Shown: positions 8,614 to 18,508, counted from the first letter of the stretch. The stretch: DNA of 64,000 bases from Patescibacteria group bacterium (GCA_028714455.1 JAQTMG010000001.1:64568-128567), one strand, 5' to 3'. Notes: generated from the letters alone by a model not told the origin. Made by a program: numbers and translations.

Positions 8614-8754
8614 CGATAAAAGTCTGTGATTATATAATTAAAACAATGCTTTCATTTTTTGATTAACAACGCGCTTTAACGCATTGCCTCATAAACTTTT
8701 ATCGGTGCACGCGCAAAAAAATTTATCAATAAGCGAATTATAACAAAAAAAATC

Positions 8755-8808
8755 GGCTTAATCAAGATCTTAACTGATATTAAATAAGCCGATTTTTTTT
8801 AAAAAGCG
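8755..8808. terminator. bidirectional intrinsic terminator downstream of 16S
   Basis: AATCGGCTTAAT...ATTAAATAAGCCGATT hairpin with T8 / A7 on either side. Confidence 0.5.
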
Positions 8809-8914
8809 TCTTTAACTGCTAAAAAGTGATAGAATCAAAATCCAGAAAATTTGTTTCGTTAGAAACAACCGACCTGATTAGAGCTGGCCCGAAAGCCGAG
8901 CTCATTACTCCTTA

Positions 8915-10406
<1,492 letters not shown>

Positions 10407-10815
10407 CAAATAAAATCTGATTGTAACCGTCAGAAGGATCTCCGCCGAAGGCGGATCCGCCTCTGGCGGAAAACTCTCAAATAAAATGATGATAAGGTTC
10501 ATCACAAAAACCTTCCCCAGTTGGGGAAATAAGGAATTGATTCTATCACTTTTTAGTTGTCAAAGAAGAAAAAACAGGGAAATCCATTGTCCATTAAAGT
10601 ATCCCGCGCGCGGGATTTTTAACAGATCGAATTTCTCTGTTTTTTCTCCTCCCCATCGGAGCTATTGCAAAGATGGGATATCTTTGAAAAATAAATTTTT
10701 TTACTTTTTTGAGAACTTTTTAAAGTTAATTTTAGATACTGGCATTATAAACTTTATTATTTAAGCTGTCAAGGGGTTAAAGCGGCCTTTTAATAAACAA
10801 CTTTTGCACAATAAA

Positions 10816-11571
10816 TTATGGATTATACCTATCCCAAACCATGTCATGAATGGAATTTACGGAATCCGCTACATCTTGATTTTTTATTAAAACAGCAAAG
10901 GGATTTTCTTCTGTAGTAAATATTATAACCATATCATCTAAAACGCCAAAAGATGCCTTGATTGGGTAAATTTTATGGGAGACAACAATAGACTCTCTTA
11001 ATTCTGCTTTGTCTTTTCTTAAAACATCCTTAAGAATGGGCGAATCAATCTGCCCAGACCCAATCATTCTACCACCTATGCCCTTAGAAACCCTTTTATT
11101 AATACATTGAGCTACTTGTTTTGTTCCATGCTGCAAAATCGTTCCTTCTACATTTTCAAATGATTTACCAAATTTTGTTTTGGCATTCTCTAGCCAAATG
11201 TCAGAAGCAATTTGCACGCCTTCTATCCCAGAATAATAGCTAATCGCCAATTTTTTTTCTGGTACACTTATTCTCTCAACTAAATCATCTGTTATCTCCT
11301 CCAGGGTTACCATTTTTCTTTCTAAAAGATAGCGCAGCTGTTTTGGACTTAGGGCCTGATATAATTTGCGTTTCTTCAATTTAAAAATTAACAAAAAACC
11401 CTTATCTACCAAATTTTGAACATGGCGATAAGCTGCCGTGCGGGGAATGCCAGCGCCTTTGGCGAGGTCGGACAATGAAGCTGATTCAAAATTTAAAGCC
11501 GCCCAATACAATTTAGCCTCATAATTATTAAGGCTAAAAACTTTTTTCAATTTTTCCATCTGATTTTCCAT
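10816..11571 (-). CDS. TrmB-family (archaeal-type sugar-regulator-like) winged-helix transcriptional regulator
   Basis: N-terminal wHTH (..LSDLAKGAGIPRTAAYRHVQNLVDKGFL..) typical of TrmB. The C-terminal domain is of unknown function. Confidence 0.6.
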   Translation of the reverse strand: MENQMEKLKKVFSLNNYEAKLYWAALNFESASLSDLAKGAGIPRTAAYRHVQNLVDKGFLLIFKLKKRKLYQALSPKQLRYLLERKMVTLEEITDDLVERISVPEKKLAISYYSGIEGVQIASDIWLENAKTKFGKSFENVEGTILQHGTKQVAQCINKRVSKGIGGRMIGSGQIDSPILKDVLRKDKAELRESIVVSHKIYPIKASFGVLDDMVIIFTTEENPFAVLIKNQDVADSVNSIHDMVWDRYNP

Positions 11572-11588
11572 GGCTATACCATATCAAA

Positions 11589-11660
11589 TGACGCAAATTA
11601 CGTCAAATTTTCAAAGAAGTAAATCGCTAATTTTAGATAAAATACCATGTCATATGACAT
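11589..11660. promoter_or_regulatory. two dyad-symmetric candidate operators in the divergent promoter region
   Basis: TGACG-caaatta-CGTCA (11589-11605) and the perfect 14-bp palindrome ATGTCATATGACAT (11647-11660). Confidence 0.3.
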
Positions 11661-11741
11661 TTATTGTCTACAAAAATTGATATTGCTTAGCGGACCTAAT
11701 ATACTACATTTAAGTGTGGTAATCTAACCGAATATAATTAT

Positions 11742-13121
11742 ATGTCAGAATATTCAAACATCAAAAAAGTTTCTCCTCCCGCCGAATTGCCCACGTACCA
11801 AGAAGAAAATGGTGATATTACTTTTTTTGGCAACACGACATTTAAAGAAGCTTACATAGAGAGGAAGGATGTATTCGGCATCTGGCGCTTTGATCGTCGC
11901 CAGCATATTTATATCATTGGTAAAACAGGAGTTGGCAAAACAAAGCTGATCGAACTCTTGACCAGAGCAGACATACTTGACGGTTTTGGCGTGTGTGTGA
12001 TAGACCCGCATGGCGACCTGATAAATTCTCTTCTCGATTATATTCCGGAAGGCCGATTAAAGGATGTTGTCCTGATTGATCCTACAGACACGAATTTCCC
12101 AGTGGCGTTTAATCCTCTTAAAAAAGTTGCGCCCGAGGCGAGACAGCTGGTGGCGAGCGGCTTACTTGAAGTTTTCCGCAAACAATTTGGCGATTTATGG
12201 ACCTCGCGCCTAGAACACGTGTGCAGATTCACAATTTTGGCGCTGCTAGAGTATGAGGAGGCGACGCTCGCCGATATATCTAAAATGCTCACCAACCCGA
12301 AATTCAGACAAGAAGTAATCCCGCGCATCTCTGATTCGGTTGTTCGCCATTTCTGGTCTCTGGAATTTAACAGCTGGAGCGAACGTTTTGACAACGAAGC
12401 CATCATCCCTCTCGTCAATCGAATGGGCCAGTTTTTGGCAAATCCGCTGGTGCGAAACACTTTCGCGCAAAAGGAAAATAAAATAAATTTTGACGAACTC
12501 ATAAATTCATCCAAAATCATACTTGTTAATCTGTCCAAGGGCATTATCGGCGAAGATAACACTGAACTTTTCGGCAGCATCTTGATTACTTCCATTTATC
12601 AGGCGGCTATGCGCAGGGCAAAGATTCCTAGTTCAGAGCGTTCTGATTTTTATCTCTATGTCGATGAGTTCCAAAACGTAGCGACGCAAACGTTTTTGAA
12701 TCTTTTTGCCGAATCAAGAAAATACGGATTGAATATTACCGTCTCCCACCAATATCTCGGCCAAGTTACCCCAAAAATGCGTGACACCATCTTCGGCAAC
12801 ACTGGGACAATTATTTCATTCCGTTTAGGAGGAGAGGATGCCGAGCGTTTGAACAAAGAATTCGCGCCCGTCTGCAAGGAAGAAGACCTGATCAATCTGG
12901 GTCAGCGTGAATTTGTAATAAAACTTTTAATCGCCGGAAACTCCTACGATCCATTTGCCGGCGAGACGCTAGAAGTGGAAGCCACAAAAACTTCGCACAA
13001 AGATCAGATAATCAACTATTCTCGATCAAAATATTCTCGCCCGATTAATGAACTAGAACAAGAAATGGCAGAGGGAGGCGCGGCAGAAAAAAAGGAGGAC
13101 TTTATAGCCCCGGTAGTTTAA
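11742..13121 (+). CDS. FtsK/HerA-superfamily P-loop NTPase (DUF87/HerA-like or TraD/VirD4/VirB4-like)
   Basis: Walker A IIGKTGVGKT, followed by VIDPHGDL, Walker B YLYVDEFQN, and ..ESRKYGLNITVSHQ.. No TM segments. Confidence 0.6.
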   Translation: MSEYSNIKKVSPPAELPTYQEENGDITFFGNTTFKEAYIERKDVFGIWRFDRRQHIYIIGKTGVGKTKLIELLTRADILDGFGVCVIDPHGDLINSLLDYIPEGRLKDVVLIDPTDTNFPVAFNPLKKVAPEARQLVASGLLEVFRKQFGDLWTSRLEHVCRFTILALLEYEEATLADISKMLTNPKFRQEVIPRISDSVVRHFWSLEFNSWSERFDNEAIIPLVNRMGQFLANPLVRNTFAQKENKINFDELINSSKIILVNLSKGIIGEDNTELFGSILITSIYQAAMRRAKIPSSERSDFYLYVDEFQNVATQTFLNLFAESRKYGLNITVSHQYLGQVTPKMRDTIFGNTGTIISFRLGGEDAERLNKEFAPVCKEEDLINLGQREFVIKLLIAGNSYDPFAGETLEVEATKTSHKDQIINYSRSKYSRPINELEQEMAEGGAAEKKEDFIAPVV

Positions 13122-13130
13122 TTTTTTGTT

Positions 13131-14849
13131 ATGGAAAATACTCCTTTGTTTAATTCTAAAATCAAAGAAATATTGAGCCAGCTCCGTCCGGGAGAGAGGA
13201 CCTGCCAAGAAACAGGGGAACGATATTTAATCCGCGAAGAAGATATCGCTTTCTATAAAAGAATGCTAGTGCCGGCGCCAGTTGTAGCGCCCTGGGTGAG
13301 ACAAAGGAATCTGCTGGCGCACGGATCTCCGCCGGATGAACTCTTTAAAATCAAATCGGCCTTATCTGGCAAAGAAATAATCACCAACATAGGACCATCG
13401 CCTGACGTGCCTGTCTACGCGGAGGATGAATGGTTTTCAGACGTCTGGGATGCGGCCGATTATGGCGTAGACTATAAACCCGGCGAAAGTTTCTTCAAAC
13501 AATTCCACGCCCTAAAGTTAAAAGTGCCTCGTCCCTGCAAACTGCCAGATGAGGGCAGTATTAATAGTCCCTGGGCCATAGGAGGCGTTCACATGAAGGA
13601 CTGTTATATGGTCTCGGCTGGTTACGAATGTGAAAACATCTTATATTCGGCCAGCGCAATTAAAAGTCGGGACTGTATGGAAATATTTTTCTCGGATTAC
13701 TGCGAGCTGGGCTACCAGCTTTTTCAATGCAAACACTGCTACAAATCTTCCTTTTTGGACGATTGCGAAAGCTGCATTAGCTGCACCTTTGGCTTTGATC
13801 TGAAAAATTGCGAAAATTGTTTTGGCTGCATTAATTTGCGCCACAAAAAATATAATTTTTTTAACCAACAGCTGACAAAAGAGGAGTACGAAAACAAAAT
13901 GAACGGCCTTAATCTGGGCTCCAGAAAAGAGTTGAACGAGTGGCAAAAAAAATTCAATGAATTTTATAAAAACAACGCCATAAGGGAAAACCTGCATTTA
14001 AAAAATACGCAAAACGTAGTCGGCGACAATCTAACTCAATGCAACGCCTGCTATAACTGCTTTGACTCCTACAACATCCAGGATTCTGCCAATGTTTTTC
14101 GCGGCATGAATGTCCGAGATAGCCATGACATCATGGGCGGCCTAAACATGGAAAAAAGTATCGGGCTGTGCGCGGTGGATTCATACAACGTAAAATATTG
14201 TACCGAAGCCATCTACAATTCAACCAATTTAGAATACTGCGAACTTTGCTACAATTTAGAGAATTGTTTTGGCTGCGTGGGTCTTAGAAACAAAAAATTT
14301 CACATACTTAACAAGCCATACTCGGCAGATGAATATTGGCAATTAGTTAATAAAATCAAGTATGAGATGCTGGCAAGCGGTGAGTACGGCCAGATTTTGC
14401 CGTTAAAATATTTAATCTACGGCTATAACTTAACCTGGGCGAACATTATCTTTCCCATAAACGAAGCGCGAGCCATGGCCATGAAGCTGCCCTGGCATGT
14501 TCACGAAAAAAACTCTGCTAATAATGGCCTCACGGCAGAATCTTTGCCCGATAATATTAAAGAGGCTGATTCAAAAATTATTGGCTCTTTATTGGTCTGC
14601 TCGGAAACCGGCCGATTATTTAAAATCGTAGAACAGGAATTCGATTTCTATAAAAAGATGAACCTGCCTTTGCCCGTCGCTCATCCCCTGGTCAGGAGAC
14701 AAAAATTATATAAAAAATTAAGAACGCCGATACTCTCCGAGAGCGTGTGCGGTAACTGCAATAAAAAAATAATGATACGCGGTTCAATAGAATCGCAAGT
14801 GGCAAAAAACGTCTGCGGTGATTGTTATTTAAAAATTATTAGCTCGTAA
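13131..14849 (+). CDS. 572-aa cysteine-rich protein with an internal duplicated CxxC module and matching N/C-terminal motifs; function unknown
   Basis: Lies 9 bp after the ATPase. The repeats are ..DCESCISCTFGFDLKNCENCFGCINLRHKKYNFFNQ.. and ..YCELCYNLENCFGCVGLRNKKFHILNK.. The N-terminus (CQETGERYLIREEDIAFYKRMLVPAPVVAPWVRQ) resembles the C-terminus (CSETGRLFKIVEQEFDFYKKMNLPLPVAHPLVRR). Confidence 0.75.
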   Translation: MENTPLFNSKIKEILSQLRPGERTCQETGERYLIREEDIAFYKRMLVPAPVVAPWVRQRNLLAHGSPPDELFKIKSALSGKEIITNIGPSPDVPVYAEDEWFSDVWDAADYGVDYKPGESFFKQFHALKLKVPRPCKLPDEGSINSPWAIGGVHMKDCYMVSAGYECENILYSASAIKSRDCMEIFFSDYCELGYQLFQCKHCYKSSFLDDCESCISCTFGFDLKNCENCFGCINLRHKKYNFFNQQLTKEEYENKMNGLNLGSRKELNEWQKKFNEFYKNNAIRENLHLKNTQNVVGDNLTQCNACYNCFDSYNIQDSANVFRGMNVRDSHDIMGGLNMEKSIGLCAVDSYNVKYCTEAIYNSTNLEYCELCYNLENCFGCVGLRNKKFHILNKPYSADEYWQLVNKIKYEMLASGEYGQILPLKYLIYGYNLTWANIIFPINEARAMAMKLPWHVHEKNSANNGLTAESLPDNIKEADSKIIGSLLVCSETGRLFKIVEQEFDFYKKMNLPLPVAHPLVRRQKLYKKLRTPILSESVCGNCNKKIMIRGSIESQVAKNVCGDCYLKIISS

Positions 14850-14875
14850 ATTTAATTTTGGATATTAAACTAAAA

Positions 14876-14910
14876 AGCCTCTTCGCGTCGCAAAGGGGTT
14901 TTTTAATATT
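14876..14910 (+). terminator. intrinsic terminator
   Basis: GCCTCTTCGCG..CGCAAAGGGG hairpin followed by TTTTTT. Confidence 0.45.
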
Positions 14911-15014
14911 TCTTCTTCTGTTTTTGAGAAAAAGAAAAACCCCGGTCCAGATTGCTTTTGACAAAATTGACCGGGTTTAAAATTCAAGTGCTTAAAAGAT
15001 CAAGAGACAAAAGG

Positions 15015-15785
15015 TCAAGAACTGAACTTCCGGGCGAGCGCAACGCGCAAACCGCCGGGGAAGCCGTAGGCCGAGTGGGTGCCGACACAGAGGCCATTGG
15101 AATTAAAGCAGCCGACAACGATGCAGACGCCAACGAAAGACGTCGAAGCACCCCAATGGTACCAACTCTCGGCAATTCGCTCGCCATCATTAACCATATA
15201 AATGGTCAGGATGGCTTCGGCAAAGACGGCCTCATGGCAGCGTTCGTAGTCGGCACCGAGTTTAGCGATTTTTGCGTCTTGCTTACCACAGTTCAAATTG
15301 GTAAACTGGCCGCGAAAGTTGATGAGGTAATAGCCGGTTTGGGGCATGAAAGTCGCCCACTTGTCCTCGTCGCTCTCGAGCCACCAGTCGTCGTCGTTAA
15401 AACAGGGCAGCTTGGTTTTGTCAACGCCGCGCTTTTCTCTTTGCTCGCGCAGGGAAAGGCCATTGATAAAGACCAGACGCCAGTCGGACTGACCGCTCTG
15501 GTTTTCATTGGCGCACTCGAGCAGGGTTTCTTCACTGTAGCGGATGGTTGCGCTTTTTGGCACTTCAATTTCCCAGGCCTTGCCAGCCTGCTCGGCAATG
15601 ATGACCTTGTTGGCGCCAAGAATGTTGATGGCGCGAACAATGGTCAGCCCCTTGGAAAACTTTTTGGGATTTTCCAGAAAAGCGCCAAGTTCCTCGCCTC
15701 CGACTGTTCCGTCCTTGATCATGCGCATCAGATCTTCCAGTTGCCCAGGTGTTACCGAGCAACCAATGACGACTTTTTTCTTCAT
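15015..15785 (-). CDS. hypothetical protein in a GC-elevated cassette-like unit
   Basis: Balanced composition, unlike the overlapping + ORF. AAAGGAGGAA SD 8 nt before the second ATG (MKKKVVIG..). Its own TTGACA-17-TATTAT promoter lies at about 15833-15862 (minus strand). A terminator hairpin lies at 14935-14985. Confidence 0.6.
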   Translation of the reverse strand: MKKKVVIGCSVTPGQLEDLMRMIKDGTVGGEELGAFLENPKKFSKGLTIVRAINILGANKVIIAEQAGKAWEIEVPKSATIRYSEETLLECANENQSGQSDWRLVFINGLSLREQREKRGVDKTKLPCFNDDDWWLESDEDKWATFMPQTGYYLINFRGQFTNLNCGKQDAKIAKLGADYERCHEAVFAEAILTIYMVNDGERIAESWYHWGASTSFVGVCIVVGCFNSNGLCVGTHSAYGFPGGLRVALARKFSS

Positions 15786-15938
15786 CGCCATTTCCTCCTT
15801 TACGTTTATAGCCCGCCGGCTTATTAATACTTAATAATATCGCAGTTTCACATCTTTGTCAACAATAAAACCACGGTTTATTCGAGGGTTATTAATTATA
15901 AAAAATATTTCCTTTTCCCAATACCCAATTCCAAATAC

Positions 15939-16580
15939 CTAATACCTTTTATTTTTTTCTCGCCAATCTTTAATTTTCCCATGATTACCTGAAAGCAAAA
16001 TTTTAGGTACTTTCCAGCCCTTAAATTTTTCCGGCTTGGTATATTGAGGATATTCTAATTCATTTTCTTTACTAAATGATTCGTCTTTTGGCGATTCTAA
16101 ATTACCAAGTACGCCCGGCAATAGGCGAGTGATTCCGTCAACCAAAACCATGGCTGGGATTTCACCGCCAGTTAGAACATAATTGCCAATGGAAATTTCT
16201 TCGTCGGCTAATTTTTCTGCCACGCGATTATCAACGCCCTCGTATCTGCCGCAAATCATAATCAGCTGATCATATTTTTTTAAGCGTCTCAAATCTTTTT
16301 GTGTCAAGGTCTTGCCGCGCGCGGAAAATAAAATTACTCGGCTTTTCTTTTTCCTCTTTATACTTTTGAGCGCCTTGTAAATCGGTTCAATTTTTAATAC
16401 CATACCAGCCCCGCCGCCGTAAGGCGTGTCGTCAACTGATTTATACTTATTCCCAGCAAAATGGCGCAAGTCAGTAATTTTAATATCAATAATTTTCTTC
16501 AACTGCGCGCGCTTAACCATGGCCTTGGAAAAATAAGAATCAAAGATACCGGGGAAGATTGTGATTATGGTGAATTGCAT
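15939..16580 (-). CDS. trmD: tRNA (guanine37-N1)-methyltransferase
   Basis: Full-length TrmD similarity (..ITIFPGIF..YGGGAGMVLK.EP...). Confidence 0.9.
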   Translation of the reverse strand: MQFTIITIFPGIFDSYFSKAMVKRAQLKKIIDIKITDLRHFAGNKYKSVDDTPYGGGAGMVLKIEPIYKALKSIKRKKKSRVILFSARGKTLTQKDLRRLKKYDQLIMICGRYEGVDNRVAEKLADEEISIGNYVLTGGEIPAMVLVDGITRLLPGVLGNLESPKDESFSKENELEYPQYTKPEKFKGWKVPKILLSGNHGKIKDWREKNKRY

Positions 16581-16596
16581 ATGGTTGGCTTTGGGC

Positions 16597-16655
16597 TAAG
16601 AGCTTGGAGCCTAGAGCTAAGTTCCCTAAGCCCAGGACCCTAAGCCCTTAGCTTA
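16597..16655. repeat. heptamer tandem repeats (GAGCTAA x4, then CCCTAAG x4)
   Basis: GGGCTAAGAGCTTGGAGCCTAGAGCTAAG followed by TTCCCTAAGCCCAGGACCCTAAGCCCTTAGC, directly downstream (minus sense) of the four-helix-bundle gene. Confidence 0.5.
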
Positions 16656-16996
16656 TTAATAAATGCGATTAATTGTTTACCAAGCTCTTCAGCTTTAATT
16701 ATTAAGTCGCGATGTTCTTGAACTGTTAAATAATTTTCATCAAGGGCAATGTCCAGACATGCCACGACTTCTTCAAGAGAAGTCAACGAAATATATAAAA
16801 ACCTTTTAAAATCTAAATCGCTATTTCTATTTGAACCTTCAGCTATATTTAAAACTACCGAATTTATAGCTCTTCTAACTTGTGAGGTAAGACAAAATGT
16901 CTCGTCCTTCGGGAATTTTTTTGATATACCATAAATTACTTTACGAAAAACCAAAGCTTCTTTATATATTCTAAATTCTCTAAATCTAAATAGCAT
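16640..16996 (-). CDS. four-helix-bundle protein (23S rRNA intervening-sequence protein family)
   Basis: ..YKEALVFRKVIYGISKKFPKDETFCLTSQVRRAINSVVLNIAEGS.R.S..DF.RFL.IS..SLEE.. The N-terminal 22 aa of the ORF are translated repeat DNA; the likely start is MLFRF at 16996. Confidence 0.7.
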   Translation of the reverse strand: MLFRFREFRIYKEALVFRKVIYGISKKFPKDETFCLTSQVRRAINSVVLNIAEGSNRNSDLDFKRFLYISLTSLEEVVACLDIALDENYLTVQEHRDLIIKAEELGKQLIAFINKLRA

Positions 16997-17003
16997 AAAT
17001 TTA

Positions 17004-17043
17004 TTAAGCCCCAAGCCCATAGCTCCGAGCTCAAAGCTAAATA
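17004..17043. repeat. heptamer repeats (AAGCCCC AAGCCCA TAGCTCC GAGCTCA AAGCTAA), inverse of the left-flank units
   Basis: Flank the upstream side of the four-helix-bundle gene. Contain AAGCCC, the complement of the GGGCTT/CCCTAAGCCC units on the other flank. Confidence 0.45.
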
Positions 17044-17106
17044 AATTATACCACATCGGCAAATAAAAAATCTCCGTAATTTTGCGGAGATTTTTTTATT
17101 TTAAAA

Positions 17107-17862
17107 TTACATCAAAGGCCTGGAGATCGGATAGCTATATATTATTGAATCATCAAAATATGCTACGCCAGCCAGATAATTTACGCCCTTGAGCTGAACT
17201 GCTTTTTCTGCGGTAATCGGCCTTAAAGACAAATTTTCATCGTTGGGATTCACATAGTAAAGTGTAGCGTCAGTCACCCCTTGAATTATAATTCCCTTAA
17301 GATCGCTGATTTCCGGCCGATCGGTAAAAACATTTTTGCCGTTTTTTAATATTACGACATGGTAAACTTTTGAAATTTCCAGATTGTCATTTGAGAGCGC
17401 TCGGTAATAATCAACGCTCGGATTTAAATTTGTATTTCCCAGCACCTCGATCTGGCGCTGCGCGCACACAGGGCTGATTCTGACTTTCGGGTCTCCGGTG
17501 TAAAAGCCGCTTGCGGAAATTTCCGCTCCCACGCAAAGCTGCTCGTCATAAATAATATTTTGAATAAGCGTGTTGGATTCATTGCCGGCCATTGAAGCGG
17601 GAGAGAGAACTGTCTGGTCCGCCTTGGCTTTGGGCATGAAAAATAAAGTCGCAAAATTAGTCGGTTTGGCTTCAACTTTTAAATAAGAAGGTGCCGAAGG
17701 AATTTCATGAAAATGATATTCGCCCATCTCTTCACCATATGATTGACAATTATTCGAACAAACATGGCCGCCATATTGATCAAGAGATCCGGGACTGGCC
17801 AGAGCAAAACTCGGACTCATGACGAGACAGAAGATGGCGAATAAAATCGTGATTTTTTTCAT
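17107..17862 (-). CDS. secreted hypothetical protein (signal peptide, Cys-rich N-terminal segment with YHFHE)
   Basis: Signal peptide MKKITILFAIFCLVMSPSFALA. No recognisable domain. Confidence 0.55.
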   Translation of the reverse strand: MKKITILFAIFCLVMSPSFALASPGSLDQYGGHVCSNNCQSYGEEMGEYHFHEIPSAPSYLKVEAKPTNFATLFFMPKAKADQTVLSPASMAGNESNTLIQNIIYDEQLCVGAEISASGFYTGDPKVRISPVCAQRQIEVLGNTNLNPSVDYYRALSNDNLEISKVYHVVILKNGKNVFTDRPEISDLKGIIIQGVTDATLYYVNPNDENLSLRPITAEKAVQLKGVNYLAGVAYFDDSIIYSYPISRPLM

Positions 17863-17985
17863 AATGTTTGGATTAATTCGTGCGCTATTAACTTAACAAA
17901 TTATTCTGTTAGACGCAAGTGGAAAAAATGTGTCTTCTAAAAACAGAAAAAGACCCCGCTTTGGAGTCTTTTTCTTATCTGATGT

Positions 17986-18306
17986 TTATATTTTTAAATC
18001 GTCGACAACGTCGGTATCAACTTCTTCAGTAGCGCGTGGGCGTCTCATGGAACCCTCGGGCTCATTAATCTTTAAGTTGACTCGGGCGTTATTTTTGGCG
18101 CCGATTATCTTCAAAAGAGTGCGAATGGCGCGGGCTGTATTGCCTCTTTTGCCGATGACATAACCGATATCGGCTGTGTTGATGTTCAGAGTCAATAAAA
18201 CTCCCATCTCATCAACTTTTCTGTCAACTTTTACATCGTTAGGATTGCCCACGATGTTCTTGACAATGTACTCAACAAATTCCACTTCTGGATGTTTTTC
18301 TGCCAT
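17986..18306 (-). CDS. KH-domain RNA-binding protein (KhpA/YlqC-like) with a C-terminal extension
   Basis: ..IVKNIVGNPNDVKVD....GVLLTLNINTADIGYVIGKRGNTARAIRTLLK.. A TTGACA-16-TATAAT promoter lies on the minus strand at about 18395-18430. Confidence 0.7.
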   Translation of the reverse strand: MAEKHPEVEFVEYIVKNIVGNPNDVKVDRKVDEMGVLLTLNINTADIGYVIGKRGNTARAIRTLLKIIGAKNNARVNLKINEPEGSMRRPRATEEVDTDVVDDLKI

Positions 18307-18454
18307 AAGGTTAGACCTTGCTTTTAGTCGGAAAAACCGAATAAAAGGCTTAATTTTTAACAAAATCCTCAAGATCAGAGGATGTCCGCTTTAAAACGGA
18401 TAGTATTATTATATCACACTCATACAAGTTGTCAATGCTAAAAATCCGAAAAAC

Positions 18455-18490
18455 AAAAGAGAGGCGCGAAAATGCCTCTTTTTTATTAAA
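18455..18490. terminator. intrinsic terminator after rpsP
   Basis: AGAGGC-gcgaaaat-GCCTCT with T-runs. Confidence 0.45.
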
Positions 18491-18508
18491 AAATCGAATT
18501 TTTAAAGT

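Noticed and set aside
7603-8640. CRISPR array, or a group I intron in tRNA
   Set aside because: The GC-rich motif copies are irregularly spaced, occur in both orientations, and lack uniform spacers, so this is not a CRISPR. No recognisable group I core (P3-P7 elements, G-binding site) could be seen. The intervening DNA instead contains a complete tRNA gene.
12038-12895. Minus-strand ORFs (185, 74 and 79 aa) inside the ATPase gene, and 13641-13997(-) inside the Cys-rich gene
   Set aside because: These are antisense frames of long, well-supported plus-strand genes, with no start-site signals.
14952-15834. Plus-strand ORFs (291 aa and 96 aa) overlapping the minus-strand gene 15015-15785
   Set aside because: Their composition (runs of A/G/V/L and many stops nearby) is typical of antisense frames in a GC-elevated gene. 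The minus frame has a strong SD, a promoter, a terminator and a balanced amino-acid composition.
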